A DNA stretch of 64,000 nt from Mobula hypostoma (Eukaryota), in assembly GCF_963921235.1 (NCBI RefSeq), contig NC_086097.1, positions 60,824,001 to 60,888,000 of the forward strand. Reading direction: 5' to 3'. The first letter of the stretch is position 1; every line of letters begins with the position of its first letter. Positions 37,700 to 50,805 of the stretch are shown here, piece by piece. A program made the translations under genes and the position numbers. The notes under the pieces are model-generated. The model worked only from the letters and a program-made list of their open reading frames with translations. It was not told the origin of the DNA and made no database searches.

Positions 37700-38450
37700 A
37701 GCCATTTCTGCCCTGGGAAAAACTCTCTGGCAGTTCACTTTATGAATGCTTCTTATTTATCTATTTATTGAGATACAGGGCCAAGTAGGTCCTTCCGGCC
37801 CTTCAAGCCATGGCGCCTAGCAGCCCCCAGTTTAATCCTAGCCTAATGATGGGACAATTTACAACGACCGATTAACTTGTATGTCTTTGGAAACCAGAGC
37901 ACCCAGAGAAAACCCACACAGTCACGGGGTCGATGTGCAAGCCCCTAACAGTCAGCAGTGGGACATAAATCCAGGTTGCTGGTACTGCTAACCATTACAC
38001 TACCATGCCATCCTCTTATGTACTTCTATCAAGTTGCTTCTCATCCTTCTTTGATCCAGAAAGCAAAGTCGCATCTCACTCAAACTATCTTCATAAGACA
38101 TGTTCCTAATCCTGCAGTATATTTGCAGATCTCCTCTGCGCCCACTCTAAAGCTTCCTCTAATGAGGGGACCAGAAATGAATACAGTACTCCAAGTGCGG
38201 TCCAATCAGTGTCTTATACAGCTGCAGCTCTTGATCTTAATCCCCTGACTAAGGAAGGCCAAGGTACCAAAACCTTCTGAATTATCCTGTTAACTTGCAT
38301 ACCAATCTTGATAAATCTATGGACTTGATTTCTCTATTTCCCTACACTGCTAAGAGCCCTGCCGTTAATAATATACTCTGCTTTTAAGTTCAACCTTCCA
38401 AAGTGTTTCTCTTCACACCTCTCTAGATTGAACTCCATTGGTCACTTCTC
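37700..38450 (-). mobile_element. Old CR1 C-terminal fragment split by a V-SINE
   Basis: CCAGAAATGAATACAGTACTCCAAGTGCGGTCC is the reverse complement of a PHLEYC..FW-type motif. Confidence 0.8.
37754..38008 (-). mobile_element. V-SINE
   Basis: Reverse-complement V-core (GGAAACCAGAGCACCCAGAGAAAACCCAC) and TTTA tail. Confidence 0.8.
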
Positions 38451-38479
38451 ATAGAAACAGCTGGTATTGTTCCAAGTAT

Positions 38480-38855
38480 CATAGAACATAAGATAGTACA
38501 GCACAGGAACGGACCCTTCAGCCCACAATATTGTGCCAAACCAGATAAAAAGAAAATTAAAAAAAACAAAAACTAATCTCTCCTACCTACACAATGTCCA
38601 TGTCCCTCCATCTTCCTCGCACTCATATGCCTATCTAAATGTCCCTTAAAGCCTCTATCACCATACCAGGCAGTGCCTTCCAGACATCCTCCACTCTCTG
38701 ATTAAGAAACTTACCCCTCTTATCTCCTTTGAACCTACACCCCCCTCCCCACTTCAACGTGTATCCTTTGGTAATAAATATATCTACCCTGTGCAAAATA
38801 TACTCTCTGGCTACTCTATCTATGTTCTCATAACCTTATGAATCTCGATCAGATA
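38480..38855 (-). mobile_element. CR1 3' UTR fragment
   Basis: CATAGAACATAAG tail; 3' hairpin region ACAGCACAGGAACGGACCCTTCAGCCC. Confidence 0.8.
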
Positions 38856-39534
38856 TCAAATCAGACCTGGGGACTTATCCACTTTAGTACTAATTAGGAA
38901 CCCAATCCTTCCTCCTCCTTGGCCTCCAAATGCCCTAACATGTTCATACACTCATCACTGATCTCCTGGTTCTCCATTTTCTTTTCCTTGGTAAATACCG
39001 AAGCAAAGTACTCACAAATACTTCACAGACATTCTTCACGTCCAAACAGATGTTCCCCTCTTAATCCTTGAGTGGTCCCACCCTCTCCCTAGTTATCCTC
39101 ATGCTCTTGATGTATGTATAGAATACCTTGGATGCACTTTAATCCTGTTTACCAAGGACTTTTAATGACCCCTCTTGGCTTTTCTAATTCCCTTCATTAG
39201 TTCTTTTCTGGCTTCTTTATACTCCTCATGTGCTCCATTTGATTGTAACTTTTGAAGCTTTGCATACTTTTCCTTCTTGACTAAATTCATCACATCTCTG
39301 GACATCCAAGGTTCTCTTATCTTTCCATCCCTGTCCTCCTAACAGGAACATACCTTTCCTGTACTTGGTGCAATTGATCTGTAAACCCCCTCCACTTGTT
39401 TGATGTGGACTTGCCAGAAAAAAAGGTGTTCCCAATTAACGCATCTTAGTTCCTACCTAATGCCCTTGTTTGTGCTACTCCAATTTAAGACTCTCCTACA
39501 AGGACCATATCTATCCTTATCTATAGCTATCATG

Positions 39535-40635
39535 TAAGATATCATGGGGTGGTAAATTGGATTAGTAAATATGCAGATGATACTAAGATAGGTGGCCTTG
39601 TGGACGATGAGGTAGGTTTTCAAAGCTTGCAGAGAGGTTTAGTCCAGTTAGAAGAGTGGGCTGAAAGATGGCAGATAGAGTTTAATGCTGATAAATGTGA
39701 GGTGCTGCATTTTGGTAGGACTAATCAAAACAGGACATACATGGTAAATGGTAGGGCATTGAAGAATGTTGTAGAACAGAGGGATCTAGGAATAATGCTA
39801 ACAACAGGAATTCTGCAGATACTGGAAATTCAAGCAACACACACAAAAAGTGCTGGTGAACGCAGCAGGCCAGGCAGCATCTCTTGGAAGAGGTACAGTC
39901 GACATTTCAGGCCGAGACCCTTCGTCAATAATGCTGAATAGTTCCCTGAAGGTGGAATCTCATGTGGATATGGTGGTGAAGAAAGCTTTTGGTATGCTGG
40001 CCTTTATAAATCAGAGCATTGAGTATAGGAGTTGGGATGTAATGTTGAAATTGTATAGGGTATTGGTAAAGCCAAATTTGGAGTATTGTGTACAGTTCTG
40101 GTCACCGAATTATAGGAAAGATGTCAATAAAATTGAGAGAGTACAGAGGAGGTTTACTAAAATGTTGCCTGACTTTCATCTCCTAAGTTACAAAGAAAGG
40201 TTGAACAAGTTAGGTCTTTATTCTTTGGAGCGTAGAAGGTTGAGGGGGGACTTGATAGAGGTATTTAAAATTATGAGGGCCATTGATAGAGTTGATGTGG
40301 ATAGGCTTTTTCCATTGAAGTGGGGAAGATTCAAACAAGAGGACATGAATTGAGAGTTAAAAGACAAAAGTTTAGGGGCAACATGAGGGGGAACTTCTTT
40401 ACTCAGAGAGTGGTCGCTGTGTGGAACGAGCTTCCAGCAGAAGTGGTTGAGGCAGGTTCGATGTTGTCGTTTAAAGTTAAATTAGATAGACATATGGACA
40501 GGAAAGGAATGGAGGGTTATGGGCTGAGTGCAGGTTGGTGGGACTAGGTGAGGGTAAGAGTTCGGCATGGATTAGAAGGGCCGAGATGGCCTGTTTCCGT
40601 GCTGTAATTGTTATATGGTTATATTATATGTTATA
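39535..40635 (+). mobile_element. CR1 3' fragment nested in an older CR1
   Basis: ISKYADDTKIGG, LVKPNLEYCVQFWSP; (GTTATAT)n tail. Confidence 0.95.
39800..39926 (-). mobile_element. Penelope pLTR-only insertion, truncated inside the hammerhead core
   Basis: 9-bp TSD AATAATGCT (39791-39799, 39927-39935); - strand GACGA-AGGG-TCTCGG-CCT-GAAATGTC-GACTG. Confidence 0.88.
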
Positions 40636-41034
40636 AGTTAAGGCATTGTGGTCACTGTTCACTAACTGGTCACCCACTGAAAGGTCAGTCACCTGCCCTA
40701 GCTCATTACCCCATACCAGGTCCAGTACAGACATTCAACTCATTGGACAGTCTACATATTGATTTAAGAAACCCCCCGGATACGCTCAGCATCTAACCCC
40801 CTTGCACTAAGAAGGTCCCAGAACAACAACCCTATTATTTTTACACATTTCATTAATCTGATTACATATCAGTTTCTCAATGTCCCGAAGGATACTGGGG
40901 AGTCTGTAGTACAATCCCATCAGTGTGACTGTATTCTTATTCTTCCTTCCTATTTTTGAGCTCTACCCAGATGAACTCAGTGTTTGAACACTCAATTATG
41001 TGTCCCCTGAGTGCAGCTGTGATATTGTCCCTGT

Positions 41035-41798
41035 CTTTCCGGTCAAGATGTCACCAACAAACAATGATTCCTCAGGTGACATCTTTCAGATGGTCAATCA
41101 TTTCAGTTTTTCTACATCTTCTACTTATTTTTTTTAATCTTAATTTTGTTTTTGAAACTGTTGGAGACCACGACTTACAGTCTGTAGTTCCATCAAGTGA
41201 GCTAGTGCTTTGCTGTCCCTGAGAAGACTCAAGGAGAGAAAAGTGAGCATGAGATGAGATGAGAGGAGAGCCCATGATCAACTACATTTCTCATCAATTA
41301 AAATGTTGAGAAAGATTGAAACATTGAGGCAAATGAAGAGGAGAGCGAGCAGTTCTTAGAGAGGCTGCTGGTTTTGTGTTGCTGCCCTCATCTGGGTCCC
41401 GAAGCTCTCAGAGGTGTTCTCAAAATTTTGAGATTTATGGATTGGAACATAGTTCAAACTAATTAGTTCATATTGGCCTCTTTCGATTGTAAGTTCTTTC
41501 CATGTCTCTCCCATTCTTGTTGCTAATTGGCAGGCTGGGGGCTTGGGGTTTAATTTTCTTACCATGTGGGTGATCTGTTAATTTTTGTGCTAGGGATGAG
41601 TTGGGGGTGCGGTTTGGGGTTTGTGATTTTTGTTTCTTTTTCTTTTCACACGGGGAGGATATGATAGAGGGCAAGGAGTTAATTGATGCATTTTTTTTCA
41701 ACTTCTTCCACGGTTTTCTGTATTTTATGGCTATCTGGATAAGACAAATCTCAGAGATGAATTCTGCATTCATACTTTGAACCTTTGAACCTTTTGAA
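41035..41798 (+). mobile_element. Non-coding bipartite retroposon with (CTTTGAAC)n tail
   Basis: Starts TTCCGGTCAAGATG; no TE ORF; Rex1/Babar-like tail as at ~44720; interrupts CR1 APE. Confidence 0.6.
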
Positions 41799-42322
41799 TA
41801 GTAGTCTAACATTCCTTACCCCATTTTACCTTCTTCTCTATCTTTTCTAAAACTTCAAAAACCTGGTAGATTCTCACCTATTCCTGCTCCTCTCAACAAA
41901 GTCTCAGTAATGGCTACAACATCGTAATCAATGTACTGATCCATAAGTTCATCACCTTACCTATAGTACTCTTAACGTTGAAATACACACACTTCAAGTT
42001 ATTATACCTGTTATTTTGATTTTGTCTTTCAATACTTTCCTGTCTGATCCTTCACTTATTAACCTGGTGCTTTGATTCTCAACCCCCTCAAAACTAGTTT
42101 AAGCCCTCCTGAGAGGCGTCAGCAAATCTCCTGGAAAGGATATTGGTTCCCCTCCAGTTCAGGTGCAACCCATCCCTCTTGTACAGGTCACCACTTCCCC
42201 AGAAAAGGTTGCAGTGGTCGAAGAACTTAAAACCTTTGCCCACTGCACCATCACCTCAGCCATTTATTCATCTGCGCTATCATCCCATTCCTAGCAGCAC
42301 TAGCCCGTGGCACCATGAATTA

Positions 42323-42770
42323 AACTGAATTGATTTCTTAGAGCCTTCACATATACGAGGAGTAAAAATCTTTACGTTACACCCCTGTTCGAATGTGCAG
42401 TGTGAAAATTATAGTAATTTGTAATAAATAGTATGTGCAGTAAGATATACAACAGAACAGTCAATATAGCTTAGAAATACCATTATGTCAGTGTGAATTA
42501 ATCAGTCTGATGGCCTGGTGGAAGAAGCTGTCCCAGAGCCTATTGGTCCTGGCTTTTATGCTGCAGTACCATTTCCTGAACGGTAGCAGCTGGAACAGTT
42601 AGTGGTTGGGGTTACTCAAGTCCTCAATGATCTTTCAGGCCCTTTTTTACACACCTGTCACTGTAAATGACCTAAATAGTGGGAAGTTCACATCCACAGA
42701 TGTACTGGGCCGTCCGCATCACTTTCTGCATAGTTCTTCGATTAAGGGACGTACAGTTCCCATACCATCA
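42323..42770 (-). mobile_element. Rex1/Babar 3' fragment nested in CR1 ORF1
   Basis: Reverse complement of IIEDLSNPNH.LFQLLPFRKW; (ATTCA)-like tail. Confidence 0.8.
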
Positions 42771-43691
42771 GTGATAAACCGGAGATTACTACCTTAGAGG
42801 TCCTTCTCTTCAGCCTCTTTCTGAACTTCATATACTCATTGTGCAGGACCTCTTCCCCTTTTTTGCCTATGTCATTGGTGCCAATATGCACCATGACCAT
42901 TGGCTGTTCACCCTCCTCCTTGAGAATATCCTGCAGCCACTCCAATACGTCCTGGATCCTAGCACCTAGGAGGCAATGCACCATTCTGGTGTCTCTTTTG
43001 TGGCTTCAAAATCTCCTGTTTGTTCCCCTAACTATTGATTCCCCTATCACTACCACGCAGCCTGTTTTTATCTCTATCCTTCCCTGATGAGCATTAGAGC
43101 CAGCCACTGTGCCACCAGCCTGCCTGCTGCTGCTGTGCCCTAATGGGTCATTCTAAACCCCCCCCCCCGCTCCCCTGGTAGTATCCAAAGGGGTATATTT
43201 GTTGCTGAGGAGAATGGCCACAGGGAATCCCTGAACTCACTACTTAATCCCTTTGTCTTTCCTGATGATCACCCATCTGTCTGAAGCCTGTACTCTAGGT
43301 GTAACTCTTCAAAAATCTTGCTTGTAACACCTTCAGCCTCTCAAACAATCCAGAGTACATACAACTCGAGCTCCAACTCATTGACCCGATCAGTCAAGGT
43401 TGGGTGCACTTCCCGTGGATGTAGCCATCAGGGAAACCATCAGATGTCCTGTATTCTCGCCTCTGACGGGAGGAGCATTCCATCCTGACTACTCTGTACT
43501 GAAAAAGTAACTTACCTCTTCTTATCTATGCCTGTTTTTTTGTTTTCACCAAAGCCTGTTAATCCAAAGCCTCCCCACTCTAACACTGGCACACTCCGAC
43601 AATGACTGCTCTGCTTGATGCTGCCTTCCTTTTATTTGCTCCTGAGCTTAGGCCTCTGATGCTTACACGTACCGTACCTACCAGCTGATAA

Positions 43692-43889
43692 AGAAGCTGC
43701 TCCTTTTCTCTCTCTCTCTCCTAACCTTCGGTAGAGCTCTGACACCAACATTTACCATGCATGACCTGTGAAAAAAAGACTGGATTTATCCGAAGCTGCT
43801 CCTTTATATTCACTCTCACAGCCTTCGGTAGGGCTCTCTCACCCACACTTACTAAGCCTGAGCCGCTGAAAAAAGACTGGACTTGCCCA
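43692..43889. repeat. Two ~99-bp diverged tandem units at the CR1 5' end
   Basis: GAAGCTGCTCCTTT...CCTTCGGTAG.GCTCT...GAAAAAAGACTGGA repeated at 43692 and 43791. Confidence 0.85.
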
Positions 43890-44189
43890 AAATGGAATAG
43901 TCAACATGATAAATAATGTATCAAATTCTGATTAATGTAATGACAACTAATTTCTGGACCGAAAAGCTTCAAACAAAATAATACTCTATTTGATGCGGAG
44001 TACTATTTCGTTTGAACTTAATCCGGATCTAATCTTGATTCACCTGATTTTTGTATAGAATTGGATCTGTGCTATTTTATGAAGCATTGTAGATGGATCA
44101 CTGAAAACACATTAAAGGACAATATTATAGAGTGACATTGATAAGTTCTAAGAGCAACATAACTAAACTCACAGAAAAAAAAACATACA

Positions 44190-44740
44190 AAGGCAGTGAT
44201 GCCACTTTCTTAGAAATTTACACATCTGGCATGTCACCTAAAACTTTGGCAAACTTCTATAGCTGCACAGTGGCGAATATGTTGACTGGTTGCATCATGG
44301 CCTCGTGCAGAAACATCAATGCCGGAGAATGGAAAAGCCTACAAAAAGTTGTGAATATAGCCCAGTCCATCACTGGAGTTGACCCCTCCCCCTACCCCCC
44401 ACTATCGAGCACATCTACAGGGATTGCTGTCACAAAAGAGCAGCATCTATCATCAAGGACCCCTAACATCCAGATCATGGACTCACTTTCAAGATTCTCA
44501 AATTTATTTATTTACATATGTATGTATGTATTTATTTATGTATTTATGTGTTTATTTATTTATTTGTGCTGTTTGTCTTCCACATTGGCTGTTTGTCAGT
44601 CTTTGTGTGTATAATTTTTCATTAATTCCATTGTATTCCTTCATTCGACTGTGAATGACTGCAAGAAAGTGGATCTCAGGGTTGTACACGGTGACATATA
44701 CATACTTCAATAATAAATTTACTTTGAATTTTGAACCTTG
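44190..44740 (+). mobile_element. Rex1/Babar 3' fragment
   Basis: GMSPKTLANFYSCTV..LTGCI..LQKVV; AATAAA and (TTTGAA)n tail. Confidence 0.85.
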
Positions 44741-44899
44741 ACATTTCAATGGAAATAATACCAATTCAGAAGAAAGGTGCACTGATCTTTCAGTAGCCCA
44801 TGGGTTCTGAATACCTTTGCAGTTGTTTCCATTGCACTCTACAGCACAGTGCATTAGACTGTGATAATGAATCATTCTCAGATTGCAGATTGTGACTAA

Positions 44900-45490
44900 T
44901 GGAATATTTCAGGAATTGGTGCTTGGGACATAATTATTCTAGATCCAGATCAATGATTTGGCTGAAGGTATAAAATGTCGTATTTTCAAGTTTGCTGGTA
45001 ATGCTACTTTGGGTGGAATTGTAAGCACAAAGAAAGAGGTCTACAAGCTCCAGGGGTCTACGGGTAAGCTGAAAGCATGAGCAGGAAGGTGGAATAATAT
45101 ATGGAAAAACGTGCTGACATACATTCAGTTGCTAGTATTTGAGAAGTGGCAAAGAGGTCGGGTGCTGTTGATATACAACATGTCAGTGAAGAAAGAATTA
45201 ATAGGGCAAAGGGAATGTTATCCTTTATTAAGAGAGCATACAGGAGGAAGGAAGTCTTACTGAAATTGTTCACTGCCTTGGTGAAACCACTCCTGGAGCA
45301 AAGCTTACAATTTTAGACTCTTTATCTATGACAGGATGTATTTTCCAAGGGAGTTGCAGTGAAGGTTCAGTGCACTGGTTTCAGTAACAGCAGATTTGTT
45401 GCGTGAGGTGAGATTGAAAGGACAAGGAGTGCATACATTAGAGTTTAGTAGAATGGTATAACATATCACTGAATCTTACACATTTAGGAA
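44900..45490 (+). mobile_element. Very old CR1 RT relic
   Basis: INDLAEGIKCRIFKFAG.., ALVKPLLEQ. Confidence 0.7.
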
Positions 45491-45749
45491 AGGGAATCAG
45501 AATCAGATTTATTACCACTAACATACAGGTATGACATACAGATAAAATATGTTGTTTTGCAGCAGCAGGACAGTGCAATACATTTAAAAACTTATTTTAG
45601 GTTGCAATAAGAAATATAAACGACACGCGGTGCAGAAAGAGAATAAATAGTGAGGTAGTATTCATGGACCATTCAGAAATCTGAGGAGGGGAAGAAGCTG
45701 TAACTAAATCACTGAATGTGTGCCTTTAGGTTCTTGTACCCTCTCTCTG

Positions 45750-46447
45750 ATTAGATTAGATTGGATTAGATTATGAGGACAGTCAGTCCTCATTTATTGT
45801 CATTTAGAAACGCATGCATGCATTAAGAAATGATACAATGTTCCTGCAGAGTGATATCACAAGTAAAAACAGGACAAACCAAAGAGTAACACTGACAGGA
45901 CCCCATAATTATTACATATAGTTACAACAGTGCAAAACAATACCAAAAATTTGATAAAGAACAGACCATGGGCGTGGTAAAAAAAAGTCTCAAAGTTCCG
46001 AGTCGATCGACTTCCGAGTCTCCAATAGCAGGCGGCAAGGGGAGAAACTCCCTGCCATAAACCTCCAGGTACTGACAACTGCCAATGCATTGGAAGCAGC
46101 CGACCACAGCCGACACTGAGTCCGTCCGAAAACTTCGAGCCTCTGACCAGCCCTTCGATACCGAGCACTGAGCACCATCTCTACCGAGCGCTTCAACCCC
46201 ATCCCAGCCGCCGATCAACAAGCAAAGCCGAGGATTCGGGGCCTTCCCCTCCGAAGATTCTGGATCACACAGTAACAGCGGCAGCGAAAAAGGCATTTCA
46301 GAAGCTTCTCCAGATATTTCTACGTTCTCTCAGGTCTGCCTCCATCAAATCAAAATTGTGCACGGCACTCTGTTTGACAGATTACAGGTATCATTCACTG
46401 GAGTGGCCGCGCAAGCTGCGTTGCACTGCCATCTTCTCCTCCTCCTC
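45750..46447 (-). mobile_element. Non-coding retroposon with GC-rich head and (TCTAA)n tail, nested in a Rex1/Babar tail
   Basis: Head GAGGAGAAGATGGC; ~200-bp tail shared with 54346-54939; CTGAT on both flanks. Confidence 0.75.
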
Positions 46448-46477
46448 ATTACTGATGGTAGTAATGAGATTATCTGA

Positions 46478-46850
46478 TGAAATATTTCAAATGTTGAAAG
46501 GCCAAGACAGAGTAGATGTGGAAAGGATGTTTCCCATGGCGTGGGAGTCTAGGACAAGAGGACACAGCCTCAGAATAGAGGAGCATCCATTTAAAGCAAA
46601 AGTGTAGAGAAATTTCTTCAGCCAGCGGGTGGTGAATATGTCAAATTTATTACCACTGGCAGCTGTGGAAGCCAGGTTGTTGGCTGTATTTAAGGCAGGG
46701 TTTGATAGGTTCTTGATTGGACACAGCATCAAAGGTTATGGGAGAAGGTCGGGGAGTGGGGCTGAGGAGTAAAGAAAGGATCAGCCATGATTAAATATCA
46801 CAGCAGACTCGATGGGCAAAATGGCTTAATTTACTCCTATGTCTTAAGGT
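46478..46850 (+). mobile_element. CR1 3' fragment
   Basis: DRVDVERMFPM..SRTRGHSLRI and 3' UTR. Confidence 0.85.
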
Positions 46851-47786
46851 ATTATCTTCTAAAGAGGGTATGTCCTGAGTGGCGAGTTTTCACCCTTTGA
46901 AGGTTTCCTCAATGGTGGGGTGGCTAGTTCCCATGATGAAAGTGGCTGAGTTCACAATCCTCTGCAGATTTATTTGATCCTGTGCATTGTTGACTCAATA
47001 CCAGGCAGTCAAAATGCTCTCCACAATACATCCACAGAAATTTGTTGAAGACTAAATTGACAGACTGCATGAAGAAAGAATGTTTTCTTCTACTGGGAAC
47101 TCTAGACCCTGTCAAATAAACAGCTATCAAATAAACAACAAATCATATAGTGGTGATAAGGGAAAATATGTTATCCCTCAGAGAACTGCAAATTTTGGAA
47201 TTCTCTACCCAGAATATCTGCGGAAGCTCATTCATTGTGTTCATTCAAAACGGAGATAAATAGATCTCCTGTGATCAAGGGATTCAAGAGTCATGAGGGC
47301 AGTGCTGCAAAATGGAAGATCAGCCCTGATCTTGATCAGTGGTGGAGCAGAAACAGAGGACTAGCTACGACTCTCATTTCTTATGATTTTGTGGTCATAA
47401 CTTCTGCCAGCTGTGCATCATGCTTCACAGTTATTAATATGTCTCTAACAATACCTTCTGTACAGATAGCTCACAATGCTGAAATGTATAAATATATTAA
47501 TATATAAACATATCTCCTATTTACAAATAAAATTAATGCAACCATTTTCACCATTTCATCTCACCATCTGTCACCTTGTTATCCACCTTTGTATTACAAC
47601 TTACTTTCGAAACACTGTACATTTCTTTGTCTTCAGAAAGTATCATCTAAAGAAGGCATTCCAAAATACACAGCGAAAAATGAGGCATTTGGGAACTTGG
47701 AAGAAAAATACCGAAATATGCATCTCATAAACTTGTATAAAACATACAATTGTCAACTCAAAATAACAAAAGGAGGTCACTGCCAT

Positions 47787-48942
47787 CATCATCATCAGGT
47801 GCCGTGCCCAGTTTGAGCTTTGACTGCCATGGCTCACACACTCCTGTTTCGGGTCAAGTGGATCAATTCATTGGTATTCATTTCCAGTTCTCTGGCTGCT
47901 GTCTCCATCATCATTTGTCTTTGTCTTCCTCTTGCTTCCTTCCCTTCAATCTCTCCCATAATTACCATGCACTCTAACTCCTCTTTCCTAATCACATGTC
48001 CAATGAAGTTACGTTGCCTTTTCATGATCTCATACATTGTTTCTCTTTTTGTGTTTGCTCTGTTCATGACATCCTCATTAGATATTCATTTTATCCATGA
48101 TATTCTTTGCATCCTCCTCAGAAACCACATCTCTGCTGCTTCAGTTTGTTTCCTCATGTTACTAGATATTGTCCAATATTCTGAGCCATATAACATAACT
48201 GGATAAATGTAACATTTCAGTACTCTGAGGCAGGTTGCCATGCCTTGTTTAGCATTGGTCAGTATACTCTTCATTCTCATAAAGGTGTCTTTTGCCATCC
48301 CTATTCTTCTTTTGATGTCCATGTCGCACCTGCCATCTGATGTCACCCAGCTTCCTAAGTAGCAAAAGTTCTGTACTTGTTTTATGTCTTCTCCGTTTAT
48401 TCTCAGCCTGCAGATAGAATTCTCCTTCTTTTGGATATCACCATACATTCCCATTTTTGCACTTTCTTCAACAACTATATCAATTAAGTTTTGTAGTTCT
48501 TCCTCTGTACTTGCAATTAACACAGTGTCATCCGCATATCTGAAGTTATTGATGTTTTCACCGTCAACTTTGATTCCCAAGATGTCTTCTATTTTTTTGT
48601 AATATTGTTTCACTGTACACATTAAATAAATCAGGGGAAAAAATAAACCCTTGATTTTCGTAAACTGGCTCACTTCTCCATCTATTATTACAGCGTCAGT
48701 TTGTTCCCAGTACAGATTTCTCATTAGGCAGAGGTCTTTTGAATAGAGACCTAGAGTTTCCTGTAACGTTTCAAATAACTTTTTATGCTTCACTTTATCA
48801 AATGCTTTTGTGTAGTCAATAAAACAAACAAACAAATCTTTTTGCAATCAAGGAAGATTGGACACTGTGATCAATGAAATAGAAAGGCTAAAGATTAACA
48901 TCATGGGAATTAGCGAAGTTTGTTGGATACATGCTGGAACAT
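47787..48942 (-). mobile_element. RTE-clade LINE, 5'-truncated, with an inverted APE fragment (48848-48942)
   Basis: FIDYTKAFDKV, RYADDTVLIA, FCYLGS, AAEMWFLRRM; (GAT)n tail; 11-bp TSD GTCACTGCCAT (47776-47786, 48943-48953). Confidence 0.93.
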
Positions 48943-49462
48943 GTCACTGCCATAGCCATGAGAAAAAATACATACTTATGCATAACAAAGGAAAGGAAAG
49001 CAAAAATAAATAACATAAGTTCTGTCAAATTGGTGATATTTGTGACTTTTCTTTACAATTTTTAAAACCTATTATATTACTTTGTTTCAAAAGTTACAAT
49101 GTAATTTTGTTCCTTTAGGCATCATTACTGCAATAGACAATTTGTATATATGATATTCAATAGGGAGAAATACATCATTAGTTGTAGAATCCTAATTATA
49201 ACAATATATGAATTCTAAAAAGAAATATACTAGAAGCCATTGAAACAACAGATGAATGGTCCAGATATTAGTACCACATTTGACATTTTACAGATATGGT
49301 GCCTGACACCATGCAAATACAAATGTACACTGTCTCATACTTACATAGAACTGTGGGATGTGGCTGAATAATTACCTAATCACATAGACACACCAAAATA
49401 TATCACAGCAAGTTTGATGGGCTGTTAACCATCTGTCATACAGTAGCATTTTAGCAAAAATT

Positions 49463-50410
49463 TACACAGTGGCCACTTTTTAATGTACACCTGCAATGTA
49501 CCTGCTCACTCATGCAAATATCTTACTAGCTAATCATTTTTGCACAACTGGATGCATAAAATCATGCAGATATGGTCAAGAGGTTCAGTTGTTTTTCAAG
49601 ACAGACATCAGAATGGGGAAGAGATGTGATCTAAGTGACTTTAACCATAGAATGATTGTTGGTGCCATATGAGTTGATTTGAGTATTTCAGAAAATGCTG
49701 GTCTACTGGGATTTTCATGTACAACTGTCTCCAGAGTTTTCAGAGAATGGTGCAAAAACAAATGTAACAGACAGACCTGGTAAAGATTTCACTGCCAACA
49801 GTGTTTGGGTTATCGTTAGAGATAAGGGCTGCTTAGGAATGTGAACCATCCAATCAGGAGAGAAGCCTGGGGGAGCAGGTATTTTGTGTCTGACACCAGT
49901 GGGAGTCTTTGTCTTTGTGCAGAGAAGGCACTGGAGAAAACCAGTCGTAGGATTCGATACAGTTGAGAGTGTGATTCAATGGAGCCACGGTGCAAGGTCT
50001 ACTGGGAATCGGTGTATATGACTTTTGGAAGATTTGAGCTCCATCCTCTGCACTTTTAACTGTTTAAATATAACAGGCTCTATTTGTTTTTTTTCTCTAC
50101 TTACTCTTTAGTCAATATTCACACAGCATTCACACAAACCGGGGCTTGGGTGGGCGGGACATCTCAATCTGGCAGGACCGGAGTGTGTATACCCTCGGCG
50201 TACACGGCCGGAGAACAGTGGATTTCTCAGTGCTGAGTTGGGAAACTGCCAGTGAAGGCTAACAAGCCATTCCTGAGATGCTCGGGAAGAAAGGGGGTTT
50301 CACAAAGAAACATCTAGCATGCAGCAGTTCCGTGGGTTAAAATGGTTTGTTAATGAGAGTAGTCAGAGGAGAAAGACCAGGCTGCTTCAAGCTGACAGGA
50401 AGGCGACAAC
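49463..50410 (+). mobile_element. Tc1/mariner element, transposase N-terminal relic, split by a solo LTR
   Basis: CAGTGGCCACTTT terminus; MGKRCDLSDF..MIVGA..GFSCTTVSRVFREWC..FVNESSQRRKTRLLQADRKAT. Confidence 0.85.
49763..50304. mobile_element. Solo LTR (~540 bp)
   Basis: TGTAAC...TTCACA termini; Tc1 sequence resumes on both sides; TSD lies in an A-run and is ambiguous. Confidence 0.7.
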
Positions 50411-50805
50411 TTGGCCTTTGATTTTGGGGAGCATTTTCCGCCTGAACTCCAGTGCATGTATGTTTGTACTGAATAAGTGGATATTAAATCTACATCTTGG
50501 GAGGTCCAGATAAATAGTTATAGGAAACAAGTCCTTAGAACATGGGTGCTTACAATAAATGCAAGGAACATTATTACATTCCATCACCACATGATTTAGC
50601 TATTTGCATAAATGATCACCTATAACAAAGAGAGGAGTTAAGCCTACACATGCACCATGCACCAGCATGCACCAGCTCAAGAAGTTTATTAACCAGTGGT
50701 TAAGGTAATGAAGGCTTCAACAGCAAAATCAATCCTTTGGTACTCCACCATTCTGAAATTACTGTACATTTTATAAATCCTGCTATTTCTGGACAACTCT
50801 GGAAG

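Larger units (their letters stand above)
38860..43890 (-). mobile_element. 5' half of an old CR1 (5'UTR, ORF1 with SGNH-esterase, APE), with three nested insertions
   Basis: ORF1 CLLGARIQDV..VHIGTNDIG..SKVVISGL (42742-42984); APE pieces at 41800-42000 and 40640-41030; linker at 38860-39530. Confidence 0.8.

Noticed and set aside
47605..47646. 42-nt - strand exon candidate (MILSEDKEMYSVSK|gtaagt)
   Set aside because: Too short to support, and its phase does not join directly to the 36953-37173 candidate
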